Shown: piece after piece, positions 38,617 through 51,089 of the stretch
Numbering within the stretch: position 1 is the first letter of the stretch
Layout: every line of letters starts with the position of its first letter
Origin: Centroscyllium fabricii
Taxonomy: Eukaryota
DNA: 64,000 bases
NCBI GenBank assembly: GCA_051313645.2
Contig: JBNRSN020000020.1
Location: 22,878,001-22,942,000, forward strand
Reading direction: 5' to 3'
The notes under the pieces: model-generated
The model's database searches: none
What the model saw: only the letters and a program-made list of their open reading frames with translations
Told to the model about the DNA's origin: nothing
Made by a program: the position numbers and the translations under genes

Positions 38617-39856
38617 CTGCAAAAGAAAAGTGCAGCTCTTCAGTTGGTAAAGTGATTATATATAAAAGTGTACAGTCAACTGGTTGATAATTCAAATTTT
38701 TTTGCACTAACAAAAAAACCTATCCAATAATTTGAATGAATCAACTTTGAATTCACCGTTTGTACAAGTACAATTGGCTCCAGGGCAAAACCACCCCCTT
38801 CCAATATCAGTCCCGAGTAGGGTTATGAAGGTTCTCCTCCATTTAATAGACCTTTGTCAAGATTACCAAAATGCTTGTAGTTTCAGTTTATATCATCTGT
38901 TTGCAACTAGTTGATCACCCATGGCCAGTCATAGACAAAAGGATATATTGTATGTATAAACATGTAGTGCTAAGAATTTCCTGCTACTTCATTGTTCACA
39001 TGCTTGTACTACATGGCTTTATTAATTTTCAAAGACAAAAATGTTGACATCTCCCATGCCAATTTATATTCGATTTGTAACCCAAGTAATATATTTTTGA
39101 AAGGAATTTTGTAAACCTCCCCTCCCACCTAAGATAGCGTCAACCATTGAGAGGTCACTCTTGGTTAGTAATGTGGTTACCAAAAGCTATTTTACAGTCA
39201 CATTATTCCACAGACCATAGCATTCAAAACCATTAATGGCGGTTACCACAGAAATTGTCACCAGGGACTAGGTGAACCATGACCGAACAACCTCCCCACT
39301 GCCATTACCAACATTAATCCAGATCCAGACTCAGTCAAGTCAGTGACAAACTTTACCAGTAGCTAATAAGACTGCTACAAAAGCAACATGAATGGTCATT
39401 TGATTACCATTAGCCAGCAGATTGCTCAAGAGTCATGGTGAAGAGTACAAGTATACAATGGTGTTTGACCTTTATGTACTTATTGTTGCATACTATTCGG
39501 TGTGGTCCTGACTTTCTCCATTTGTGTTTTTGCTTTGAGATTCTTCTCCTAACCTCATGTATTGTAACTATTTGTGCAATTCAAACAATTTTTTTTGAAG
39601 TTTAAACTTTAAATTGTTTTATACAATTCCCTCCAACCATAGTTTTGGCCACCGATTTATGAATAATAAATATTTTTATCAAATTAGATATGTTTGACAA
39701 AATAGCCAAATTGCCACTCTTCATCCACTGAGAAAGAGAACACTTATTTCTGAAGATTATTCAATCCTGCAGGCAAAACTCCAAGCAATAGTGCCAACAT
39801 AACTTTGTACATCTATCTTTCAATAACCATGGGAAAGCCAGTATTAGGCTATTTAA

Positions 39857-40275
39857 GTGTCACCTGTGACTCAGTTGGTAGCACACTCGCCTCAGAGTCA
39901 AAAGGTTGTGGGTTCAAGTCCCACTTGAGCACATACATCTAGGTGGACACTCCAGTGCAGTACTGAGGAAGTGCTGCACTGTCAGAGGTGCTGCCTTTTG
40001 GATGAGTTGCTAAACTGAGGCCCCGTCTACTCTCAGGTGGACGTAAAAGATCACGTCACTATTTTGAGGGAGAGATGGGGAATTATCCCCGGTGTCCTAG
40101 CCAATATTTATCCCTCAATCAACATAAGAAAAACAGTTTAGCTGGTTATCACATTGCTGTTTGTGGGAGCTTGCTGTGCGCAAATTGGCTGCCACATTAC
40201 AAAACGTACTTCATTGGTTAAGCGCTTTGAGACATCTGGTGATCGCGAAAGGCGCTATATAAATGCAAGTCTTTT
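39857..40275 (+). mobile_element. SacSINE1/Deu-type SINE, near full length, abutting a splice donor
   Basis: Head 'gactcagttggtagcacactcgcctcagagtca...gggttcaagtcccac', Deu core, tail 'ggcgctatataaatgcaagtctttt'. Confidence 0.88.
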
Positions 40276-40277
40276 AC

Positions 40278-40403
40278 CTGGGTTTTACTGGATACTTTTG
40301 GAATAACTTTGGTGACAGTTCCATCAAACTGTTCAATACTAACGTCCTCAAATATAACAGTTCCTTGGGGTAACAGTTTCACTTCAGTGGCAACTTCTTT
40401 TCC
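40278..40403 (-). CDS. CSDE1: CSDE1 coding exon (126 nt): GKEVATEVKLLPQGTVIFEDVSIEQFDGTVTKVIPKVSSKTQ
   Basis: Matches UNR GKEVATDVRLLPQGTVIFEDISIEHFEGTVTKVIPKV; tag acceptor at 40404-40406, gtaaa donor at 40273-40277. Confidence 0.97.
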
Positions 40404-41302
40404 CTAGAAAGAAAAAAAGCATTAGCTACCAAACTGTATATTGTACCTTTTACTAAAGGTTATTTTAGAAGTTTTATAATTGAAAGCACTTGTGAACATT
40501 TATATTCATCGTGTACATAACTATGCAGCCAGATTTAGAAAAAAGTTCAGAAAAATATCAGTTACCATGGTCATTTTCTACAAAACTCATTCCCCAATAA
40601 CTAAGTGCCCATACATGGGAAGCAGATCACTTATATTCAGTAGCTGCAACAGAAAACCCACTGAAATCGGAATTGCTGCATGTACGTTGAAATCGGACAT
40701 CCCCATCCTACCACTTTAGGGTGGTTTTAACAAGAGTCTGAAAACAATTTTTGAAGTAATTGTGTACTGCAGAACACAAATCCTTAAAATTCTAAGTAGG
40801 TTAACACACTAACATTTACAAAAGTCGAATTACAGCTGCAATTGTCCGTGCCCAACAACTGTAGGTTCGATAGTGTTTGCACGATACTGTTATACTTCAT
40901 ATTGCTCCAACCTCAAAAAAAAAATGCTAATCACTCAATAATCTGTTCACCTGTAGAGATTAGTTCGGAGAAGACTGGTAGGACCTCGTGATTACATGGA
41001 GGCAAGCAGATGTATTGTGCTGTTCAATATTATATTTCTACACAGTCTCAACCATATGCCAAAGTTGGGAAATACAAAAGTTGCGTTTGAAAGTAATTAC
41101 AATCAAATGATTTTACTGAGGAAATAAACTGCCAAGTGGAAAGAAGATGCAATTCTAAGTGTTTCTGAAATCTGCCATGTCTATCATTCAGAATGGGTTA
41201 ACATATCTGGGATACAGAGACTGGTCACTGCAGGGCTCTACAATAACTTTACAGGCAAATACAAGGCATGGAATTAGTCATCCCAATCTTCAGTCATGCC
41301 AC

Positions 41303-41697
41303 GCGGCACGGTGGTATAGTGGTTAGCACGGTTGCCTTACAGCACTAGAGACCCGGGTTCAAATCCAGCCTCGGGTACTATCTGTGTGGAGTTTGCACAT
41401 TTTCCCCGTGTCTGCGTGGGTTTCCTCCGGGTGCTCCTATTTCCTCCCACAGTCCAAAGATGTGCGGGTTAGGTTGATATGATAAATTGACCCTTAGTGT
41501 TTGGGGGGATTGAATATGTGGGGTTGCAGGGATGGGGTGGGATATGTGTCGGTGCAGGCTCGATAGGGATCGAGGGATATGGGGACAAGGCAGGGACAGG
41601 GTGCTGGGTTTCGATGATCAGCCATGATCTCATTGAATGGCGGAGCAGGCTCGAAGGGCCGAATGGCCTACTCCTGCTCCTATATTCTATGTTTCTA
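41303..41697 (+). mobile_element. HE1-type V-SINE
   Basis: Same head, V-domain and tail as the other copies. Confidence 0.92.
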
Positions 41698-42074
41698 CAG
41701 CACCAACAATTCTGACTCAAGTCTGTGCGGTCTTCCCAACCTACAGTGTTAAGATGGATGGTGGAGGGTTTTTTCCTTCCCAACAGAATTGAGACCCACA
41801 ATCTCACCAAGCAGCAATTTGAGGGCACCTATATACACCGAAAGTCAGGTTATTTTGATGGTGGGAGGGATATCACAGCCAAGCTCAATTCCATTAAACT
41901 AATTAAAAATGGTACATATTCCAACAAGAATTGCTGGAATGCAACGATAGGAAAAGGTGGCTGATTTTCTCCCTCCCAGCTTTCTAGGAAACAGAGGCTA
42001 CTAATTTAGCATAGGAGTTGAGATCCAAGATCTTTCAGGTTTATGGCTCAGCATGATATTGTATAACGTATATA

Positions 42075-42527
42075 CAGGTTGAAGACCGTTAATCCGGCAC
42101 GAGCGGGACCAGGTCCGCGCCGGTGAAAAAGCCGGAAGAATGAAGCCACCCAGTGCGCGCACCATTCAAAATGGCCGCATGCATGCGCAGAACATTGGGA
42201 ATGGCCGCCGCAAAATTTTGAATGATCTGCGTATGCGCCGAACAGCGAGTGCATGCGCAGATCATGCTGAATGGCCGCCCTGAAGTTTGAATGATCTGCG
42301 CATGCGTTTGCCGTTCGGCGGCTCATGCGCAGATCATTCAAAACTTCCGGTGGCCATTTTGAATGATCTGCGCATGCGCGTGCTGTTCGGCGGCGCATGC
42401 GCAGATCATTTGCTGAAGCAGCAATCGCGGTGGCCATTTTGTGAATGTGCAGGGCAGTCGGGGCAATTTATGCCGGACGACTGAAGTTACCGGCTTTTCG
42501 GTTACCGGATTAACGGTCTTCAACCTG
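42075..42527. mobile_element. Tigger/pogo-like MITE, copy 6
   Basis: TA flanks; perfect 23-bp TIR CAGGTTGAAGACCGTTAATCCGG; three internal palindromic units. Confidence 0.92.
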
Positions 42528-43438
42528 TACCAGCAGAACTAAGGAAACTGACACCACATTACATATATGCAGCTCTAGATTTTTTAAAGAAACCCAAGTT
42601 TAAAAGAAAATGAAAAGTCTATATCATGAATAAAAGATGACATCTTTCTCTTCCACACACTAGATCTCACTATTTTGTTCTGGGAATAGTATCAGTGAAT
42701 TCCTCTACCACATGATAAAAGGGCTGTGTAACCAGTGGCCAAACCTCTGAACATTGACAACAGTAATACTTGGAAATGTATTACACCAAGTTACAATTCT
42801 GCAAAGATCTACCTAGGATTTTACAACACAAACAGGCCATTTGGCCCAACAGGTCTATGCTGGTGTTTATGCTCCACACGAAGCTTCACCCACCTTACTT
42901 CATCTCATCCTATCAACATATCCTTCTACCTCGTGTACTTGTATAGTTTTCCTTTCAATTCACTTCGGATTTAAACTTTACTTGAAGGAAGGAAGGACTG
43001 GTAATGACAAATTTCAAGTTTTATTAGAGGGCGTAAGACACTCAGGTAGGTTACTTGCAGAACGCAAGGCAAATTTTGCTAGCTAAATTAAAAAGGCCCA
43101 ATGTGGGTGGGGGGGAGGTACAGGGCCGGAAATAATTTCTCTTAAATCTTGAGTGATGCCCTGATGAATATTTTCAACAGCTCAATCAGAATCAGCATAG
43201 TGCAGGATGATTAGAGGACGACACATGTGGTGCCCTTACTTAAAAAGGCATCGATGTCAAATCCTGGAAAATGTAGACCATAGTTACATGGATGCAACTA
43301 AGCATTATTACTGAGAGGGTACCACACTAACTAAAATGAGCAGACACTCAGCTCCTTGCTTTTCTTGCATTTTGATACACACTTCCTGAAACAAATTTTG
43401 TTAATTATCCTCCGACAAGACATGGCTACATTGCTTAC

Positions 43439-43567
43439 ATTTCTTTCTTTAATAGTAAATTCCACATCATCGCCTGGTTGCAGGGTTTCCAGGTTTCCCT
43501 TGAATTCACTATAGTGGAAGAAGATCTCTTTCACAAGGTCTCCTCTTTCAATGAATCCAAAAGCTTC
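43439..43567 (-). CDS. CSDE1: CSDE1 coding exon (129 nt): EAFGFIERGDLVKEIFFHYSEFKGNLETLQPGDDVEFTIKERN
   Basis: Cold-shock domain nearly identical to UNR; tag acceptor at 43568-43570, gtaag donor at 43434-43438. Confidence 0.98.
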
Positions 43568-44286
43568 CTATAGAGATCATTAAAGAATTAACACAGTATC
43601 CTGAAATGTATTTTTATGTCCATACACGTAATTTAAGGTCCAAGTAGTAGATTACCAAGTGTGTACAAGGTGGTATTTTTCTGATCCAGGTGCTCAGTTC
43701 AGATTTTTGTGTTAACTTTAGTGCATGTTGGCTTAAAACATGCAGCATTCTCCCTTTCCACATTAACAACCAATTTTCCACTGTACAAAAACTTTGACCC
43801 AATTCAATGTAAAGACAGTTCATTCAGAAACATGGTTTGTGAAATTTGATGAGGATGCATACCCCTATTCTGGGTCTCTTTGGCACAAACCACTACATTT
43901 CTCCTTTCAAAGTCCAGGGCACTGAGATCGGGGCTAGTGGACACGCAACTACCATTCTGATAATATAGCCGAGGCCAAGAACAGAAACCTTCATCATATC
44001 ATTCAGTGCCAGTACTAAAGCCAGACTATTTACTCAAATCCAAGAACATTTGGAAACCACGTCAATCCAGTCCTTCAGCTGCTTCTCAAAACAGAAAGGA
44101 TAACTTATTTAAAAGGAAGGACTTGTTTTTGAAGATTCTGATAATTAAAGTTCAACCGTCCTTACTTTTTTTTAGAACCAAGAATCGAATTGAATTCCTC
44201 CACTATTCTGCCCCTGTAATTTTAGGCCAGGCAACACATCAAACCGGTCTTCCTTCCAATGGACATTTGTCAGCTTTCCAAATATT

Positions 44287-46080
44287 ACATAAGAACATAA
44301 GAAATAGGAGCAGGAGAAGGCCAATCGGCCCTTCGAGCCCGCCCCGCCATTCAATAAGATCATGGCTAATCTGATCCTAACAACCAATCTACTATCACAG
44401 AAGCATCTCCTGAATCGAACAGAATTAGACACACGAAGTAGGAGCAGGATCAAGCTACACGGTCCCTGGGCCCACTCCACTACCCACAGGACCATGACCG
44501 ATCTGAACCTAGACTCATGTCCAAATTCCTGCCCGCTCCCTGTAACCCTTAATCCCTTTTACTTCTAGGAAACGGTCTATTTCTGTTTTAAATTTATGTA
44601 ATGATGTAGCTTGTACAGCTTATTGGGGCAGCATGTTCCATGGACCTACCACCCTGAGTGAAGTAGTTTCTCCTCATCTCAGTTTTGAAAGAGCAGCCCC
44701 TTATTCTAAGTTTATGCCCCCTAGTTCTAGTTTCACCCATCATTGGGAACATCTTCCCCGCATCCACCCGATCCAACCCCTTCACAATCTTATATGTTTC
44801 AATAAGATCGCCCCTCATTCTTCTGAACTCCAATGAGTAGAGTCCCAATCTACTCAACCTCTCCTATGTCCAACCCCTCATCCCTGGGATTAACCGAGTG
44901 AACCGTCTTTGAACTGACTCGAGAGCGAGTATGTCCTTTCTTAAGCATGGACACCAAAACTGTATGCAGTATTCCAGGTGCGGTCTCACGAATACCTTGT
45001 ACAACTGAAGCAATACCTCCCTATTTTTATATTCTATCGCCCTAGCAATGAAAGCAAACATTCCATTGGCCTTCTTAATTACTTGCTGCACCTGCATACT
45101 AACCTTTTGAGTTTCGTGCACCAGGACCCCCAGATCCCTTTGTACTGCAGTACTTTCCAGTTTCTTGCCATTAAGATAATAATCCACTCTGATTTTTCCT
45201 GCCAAAATGCATAACCTCACACTTTTCAGTATTGTACTCCATCTGCCAAATCTCTGCCCACTGACTTAGCCTGTCTATGTCCCCCTGCAGGTTCTTTATG
45301 TCCTCCTCATTCACCACTTTCCCTCCCATCTTAGTATCATCTGCAAACTTTGATATGTTACACTCGGTCCCCTCCTCCAAATCATTGATATAAATTGTAA
45401 AGAGTTGGGGACCCAGCACTGACCCCTGCGGAATACCACTAGTTACCGATTGCCAGTCGGAGAATGACCCATTTATCCCAACTCTGAAAGCCAATCCTCT
45501 ATCCATGCTAGAATATTACCCCCAATTTCATGATTTTTTATTTTAAGCAGTAATCTTGTGTGGCACCTTGTCAAATGCCTTTTGAAAGTCTAGATATACT
45601 ACGTCCAGCGGTTCCCCTTTATCCACCCTATATGTTACTTCTTCAAAGAACTCCAACAAATTTGTCAAACAAGATTTCCCCTTCGTAAAACCATGCTGAC
45701 TTTGCCCTATTAAATTAAGTTTATCCAAATGTCCTGTTACTGTCTCCTTAATAACGGACTCCAAAATTTTACCCACGACAGATGTTAGGCTATAATTTCC
45801 AGCCTTCTGTCTACTGCCTCTTTTAAATAAGGGGGTTACATTCGCAGTTTTCCAGTCTGCCGGGACTTTTGGAAAATTATTACCAATGCATCCACAATCC
45901 CTACCGCCACTTCCCTCAAAACCCTAGGATGTAAGCCATCAGGTCCAGGTAATTTATTCACCTTGAGCCCCATTAATTTACTGAGTACCACTTCCTTAGT
46001 GATTTTGATCGAGTTTAGCTCCTTCCCCCCATAGACCTCCGTTTGTCCAGTGTTGGGATATTCTTAGTGTCCTCCATATT
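44287..46080 (-). mobile_element. CR1 LINE, 5'-truncated, degraded
   Basis: ORF pieces QHGFTKGKSCLTNLLEFFE, YLDFQKAFDKV, GIPQGSVLGP, KFADDTK, RPHLEYC; (ttcttatg)n tail. Confidence 0.93.
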
Positions 46081-46122
46081 GCTCTCACCCAAGATAATGA
46101 ATAGTCCGAAGAGGAAACATAC

Positions 46123-46204
46123 CTTCATGGCACAAACTACACCTTGACACCGACCCTGTTTCTTCTTCACCAGCACAATGTTGTGAGCATTTACAGCACC
46201 AGTA
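46123..46204 (-). CDS. CSDE1: CSDE1 coding exon (82 nt): (H)TGAVNAHNIVLVKKKQGRCQGVVCAMK
   Basis: Matches UNR TGAVSARNIMLLKKKQARCQGVVCAMK; ag acceptor at 46205-46206, gtatg donor at 46118-46122. Confidence 0.97.
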
Positions 46205-46878
46205 CTAAGAAACAAAAACATTTGTAGTTAGTGCAAATCAGATTATAGTAATTTGTATAACCAAGCTAAAAATTTAGTTCAGAAGCAAAAATGCATCCAA
46301 TAGGTAGATATACAGAAAAGTTAATTATAAAAAAGACTTTCTACAAGCAATCTGCACTCACTGATGCCAGCTAAACTAATGTGGAAGCATTTCATACAAT
46401 ATTCCATTTGCAGTTATCGAATTTTGTTATATACACACAGTCTTTCAAGAGGTTTAATACTGCCTTCCTGATTCTTTGAATGTAGTTCAACCTTCACATA
46501 CAATGGCCCAACGTCCAAAAAAAATAGGTCACCACCCATTAAGAATTTGGCACCATACAAGCACCATTACAACTATGTGCATTTTGCCACCTCTAGGGCA
46601 GAAACAAGGTCTCTTTCTGGAATCACACCGTAACCTTTTAAAGAAGCAACAGCAGAGGGGCCAAGCTGCACATACAAAAAGGAAGTTACACCCCAGATAC
46701 GGAACCCAAGAAGCTGTACATGTGAAGGCTGAGCTGCTGTCCAAGGATCAGGAATATTTTACATAAATAGCAAGACCCTGAGAGTTGATGCAGAGATGAA
46801 CACAGCAACAAAGTCACCTCAACATTGTTACTCTGCAGGCAATAGCAAGATAAACCTTGATTCACAAGACATGTAGTG

Positions 46879-47490
46879 TGTGGTAAACCACTGTTGTATT
46901 ATAGTTCACTCTTGCCTGCTGTATGTAACCTAGCTGGGCATGCCTCTGCTGACTCCGCCTGTGGCCCCTCCCTCAGGCCCAGGTGACTGAAAGGGCGGCA
47001 CGGTGGCATAGTGGTTAGCACTGTTGCCTTACAGCACTAGAGACCCGGGTTCAAATCCGGCCTCGGGTACTACCTGTGTGGAGTTTGCACATTCTCCCAG
47101 TGTCTGCGTGGGTTTCCTCCGGGTGCTCCGGTTTCCTCCCACAGTCCAAAGATGTGTGGGTTAGGTTGATTGGCCATGATAAATTGACCCTTAGTGTTAG
47201 GGGGATTGAATATGTGGGGTTACGGGGATAGGGTGGGATATGTGCTCGAGAGGGATATGGGGACAAGGCAGGGACAGGGTACTGGGTTTGGATGATCAGC
47301 CATGATCTCATTGAATGGCGGAGCAGGCTCGAAGGGCCGAATGGCCTACTCCTATCTTTCTATGTTTCCCAACCCCCCTTGAGTCCAGGACCAGTTGATC
47401 AGCGAAGGCATGCTCTCATTCTTTAGTGAATAAAAGCCTATTTGTTACTTGTATAACTTCTCGTCTTTTGTTGCTATTGATAGCGCATCA
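46879..47490 (+). mobile_element. Solo LTR with a nested HE1 SINE
   Basis: TG...CA termini; 5-bp direct repeat TAGTG at 46874-46878 and 47491-47495; AATAAA at ~47429. Confidence 0.75.
46993..47367 (+). mobile_element. HE1-type V-SINE
   Basis: Same head, V-domain and tail as the other copies. Confidence 0.92.
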
Positions 47491-48866
47491 TAGTGCACAC
47501 GCCAAAGTTCCTTGGTGGTTCCTGACCACATGAAAGAAATAGTCTACAACCTATTTAAGCCAATCTCATGAAAAAGCATTACTTATTACATCACCAAATG
47601 AAACTACCCAGACTGGCAACATCTTTGGTCCCAGTTACCTAGAATGCAAATACTGTAATCAATTAAATGTACAGTCTCCTTTCAAGGGAATGTGGCAACA
47701 ATTTCTTGACAAATGAAATGGTCGCAATATTAAGCACGAACTTTAAATTTAGTTTTCTAATGCCATATACCTGTACTAAACTAAATAACAGGTATATCTG
47801 AATGCTAACCCAAAGTGGAAAAATAAAACAGTTAGAAGTATGGCAAGAGATTTAATATTACAAGAAGTCATTGGCTCAAGTGTCTAGTATAAATAAACTG
47901 TTGCAAAATAAACTGGCCTACTTTTTAGTTACTAGAAACAACAGGTTTTGGTAATGCGAATGCTTTATTGACATAGTACTGACGCACATAAAAGTTATGG
48001 GCAAAACCATCATTATGGTGGAACCATTTGGACAGACTCTGACCTGCGAAGATTTTCCTGGGGGCATGGAGAAATTGATCTAACCAGACCATTCGGAACT
48101 CGTCACGACTTAAGTCTGGGTCCACATACTTTAGGCATACTGGGCCTGAAGGTGGATATCCCATCCTGTGAGCGAGGTGCTAATCACCAGGTAAGACAAG
48201 GTAGAGTAACTATAATCTATACAGTGCATTTGTCTCATGGCCATTTTAGTGTAATTGCTGCCTCTTCTTTGGGGAGGGGGTGGGGGGCAGGGTTGTTACC
48301 ATACTGAAAAAAAATACAAAGAGAGGAAAAAAGAGTTTCTCAGTTGGGAATGACTTCTTTAGGCTAGTAATGTAGAAGTTAATTCGAGTGCCTCAACTGC
48401 CTTCACGCACCCTCCACCTGAAACCCAGGAGCATTCCTCTGCAATGAAACTAGACCCCCATCAAAGAGCGGCCCTCCTCCAGTGCATCTGATATGCATGC
48501 TATGACATCCCAAAGAAGCACAGTGAGCCACTGAAATTACCAAGGCTCCAGGACAATTCTGCTAAACAATATTCACTCTGCTGCTACCGGTGGCTGCAGA
48601 TGCTGCCTTTTCCCACTGCCACTTCTCGATCGCTTCCTGCTGGACTGAATTTGGACCAGATCCTCATCATGGATGTTCCTTTCTCCTCAATCTTCATATT
48701 TGCTGGGCTCTTTAGATTTATTTTTCACCCTCCCCTGCCTGCATGCTCAGCTCCGAGGTTTCACACCCGCTGCTTCTCTGGCTTCCACCATTAGACCCTT
48801 GGATCAGCCTCTACTGGCTCCTGGTTAACTCTTACTCCTCCTTCAACAGCAACAACTTGCACAAGC

Positions 48867-49797
48867 TTGAGAAAGCGGGGAATTACAGACTGGCAAGCCC
48901 GACATCGGTAGTGGGGAAAATGCTAGAGTCCATTATAAAGAATGTAATAGCTGAGCACTTGACAGGATCGGACAAAGTCAACATGGATTTACAAAAGGTA
49001 AATCGTGCTCGACTAATCTATTGGAATTTTTTTGAGGATGTAACTGGAAAAATAGATAAGGGAGAACCAGTAGATGTGATGTATTTGGACTTTCAAAAGG
49101 CTTTCGATAAGGTCCCACATAAGAGATTAGCGTGTAAAGTTAAGGCACATGGGATTGGGGGCAAGGTATTGTCTTGGATAGAGAACTGGTTGGCGGACAG
49201 AAAGCAGAGAGTAGGAATTAACGGGTCTTTTTCCAAGTGGCAGGCAGTGACTAGTGGGGTACCACAGGGATCGGTCCCAGGACCCCAGCTATTCACGATA
49301 TACATTAATGATCTAGATAAGGGAAGTAGATGTAATATCTCCAAGTTTGCAGACGACACAAAGCTGGGTGGGCTTGTGTGCTGCGAGGAGGATACCGAGA
49401 AACTCCAGGATGATTTGGACAGGTTGGGTGATTGGGCAGAAGCAATATAACGTGGATAAATGCGAGGTCATCCACTTTGGTGTCAAAAACAGAAAGGCAG
49501 ACTATTATCTGAATGGCAATAGATTGGGAGAAGGGGAAGTGCAACGAGACCTGGGTGCTATTGTGCACCAGTCGCTGAAGGTAAGCATGCAGGTGGTGAA
49601 GAAGGCAAATGGTATGTTGGGCTTCATAGCAAAAGGGTTTGTAGATATATTTCTTAGAGCTAAAGGTATCAAGGGATATGGGGAGAAGGCAGGTACGGGG
49701 TACTGAGTTTGGATGATCAGCCATGATCTCATCGAACGGTGGAGCAGGCTTGAGGGGCAGAGTGGCCTACTCCTGCTCCTATCTTCTATGTTTCTAT
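48867..49797 (+). mobile_element. CR1/HER1-like LINE fragment with an internal deletion; 3' tail shared with HE1 SINEs
   Basis: RT motifs YLDFQKAFDKV, GVPQGSV, KFADDTK; tail 'ttggatgatcagccatgatctcat...cctactcctgctcctatcttctatgtttcta'. Confidence 0.9.
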
Positions 49798-50202
49798 ATA
49801 TAGCACCTTTACATCTTTGAAACCTCCAACTTAGCTGATATTCTGCTTCTCTATCTGTTCTTGGGTCCATTTTCTCTCAGACTCCGAATCGGAACCTCTA
49901 TCATTGAATGGTGGCTGCTTCCAACTCCCCATCCCACCTACAGATGGACTTAATACCTCGGCAGCTTCCTGTCCCCCAGACTTCAATTCTGAACTGATTC
50001 ACATTCTCCACCCTGTTCAATTCTGAACTGCTACCCATTTTGTCTAGTTTCCACCACGTCTTTAGAATTCCCCTTTGGCCCATTCACATGCACACCATGG
50101 CTGTCACTCCAGCCCACTATTTCTAGTTCCATTTTTTGGACCCCTCTCCTCATCCAGCCATGCCAACTTTCATCTCCCTTTCCACCCAGCCCCTAGTATT
50201 TT

Positions 50203-50380
50203 ACCCTTCCAATCCTTCCCCCCCACTGATCACTACTCTGCAGCCCTTCCAATCCTTGCCCCCCCCCCACCGATCACTACCCTGCAGCCCTTCCAATCCT
50301 TCCCCCCACCGATCACTGCTCTGCAGCCCTTCCAATCCTTCTCCCCCACCCCCCCACCGATCACTACCCTGCAGCCCATC
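50203..50380 (+). repeat. ~40-45-bp C-rich tandem repeat, ~4 units
   Basis: Unit cccttccaatcctt(c)n-accgatcactac[c/t]ctgcag. Confidence 0.85.
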
Positions 50381-51089
50381 TTCTCTTCTGCTGCTATCCA
50401 AGGCCTGAATCGTCTTGAATTAGCCCCAGGATACCCGTGCCCCTCCTCTCCGACAGACCCAACTCGGTACCCACCACTGCCTCTTCGCGCAACAATTCCG
50501 AATGCCCAGTCCTCTGCTCTGGCCATCTCTCCTCCTCACTGGTCAACCACTCCAACACTTCTCTCAATCCCTCAGCACACAGTAACGTCCCCTTCGTATT
50601 TGTCTCCATCCAGTATTGCTTATTGTGAACAAGCCCCTTACTAACTACGGTCTGAATTATCTTAAGCTGCCATCCTGGCACTGAAACAAAGCTCATAGGC
50701 TTCCCCCAACAGAAGTCCCCAACCCAGCAGGTTCCATTTGTCATCACTGGCACTGCTCAAAATGCCACAGAAACAGCAGTTCTTACCTGCAAGTCACACC
50801 CTGGCCTCACCCTCTATTCATCTGGCACATCCCTCACACCTTTTATTTAAGATAATCATTTACCACCCACATGCTCTTCCCTTCCTTTAGTTGCTGCATC
50901 GAGCACCTCCTCAGCCTCAGATTTCAATTTGCATCTCAACTCCCTAGCCCCCTCTTCACTGAATTCATCTCCCATGCTTCTTCACTTTCACCCTTCATAT
51001 AACCTTCCCTACCCATGTCCTCAACTCACCCCCTTGATCTCACCGCCATCTAGATCTGCACACACTTGCAACAGGTCACTAGAAAGCGG

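Noticed and set aside
50075-50644. Proline-rich 189-aa ORF
   Set aside because: Low-complexity C-rich tandem repeat plus decayed repeat-like sequence
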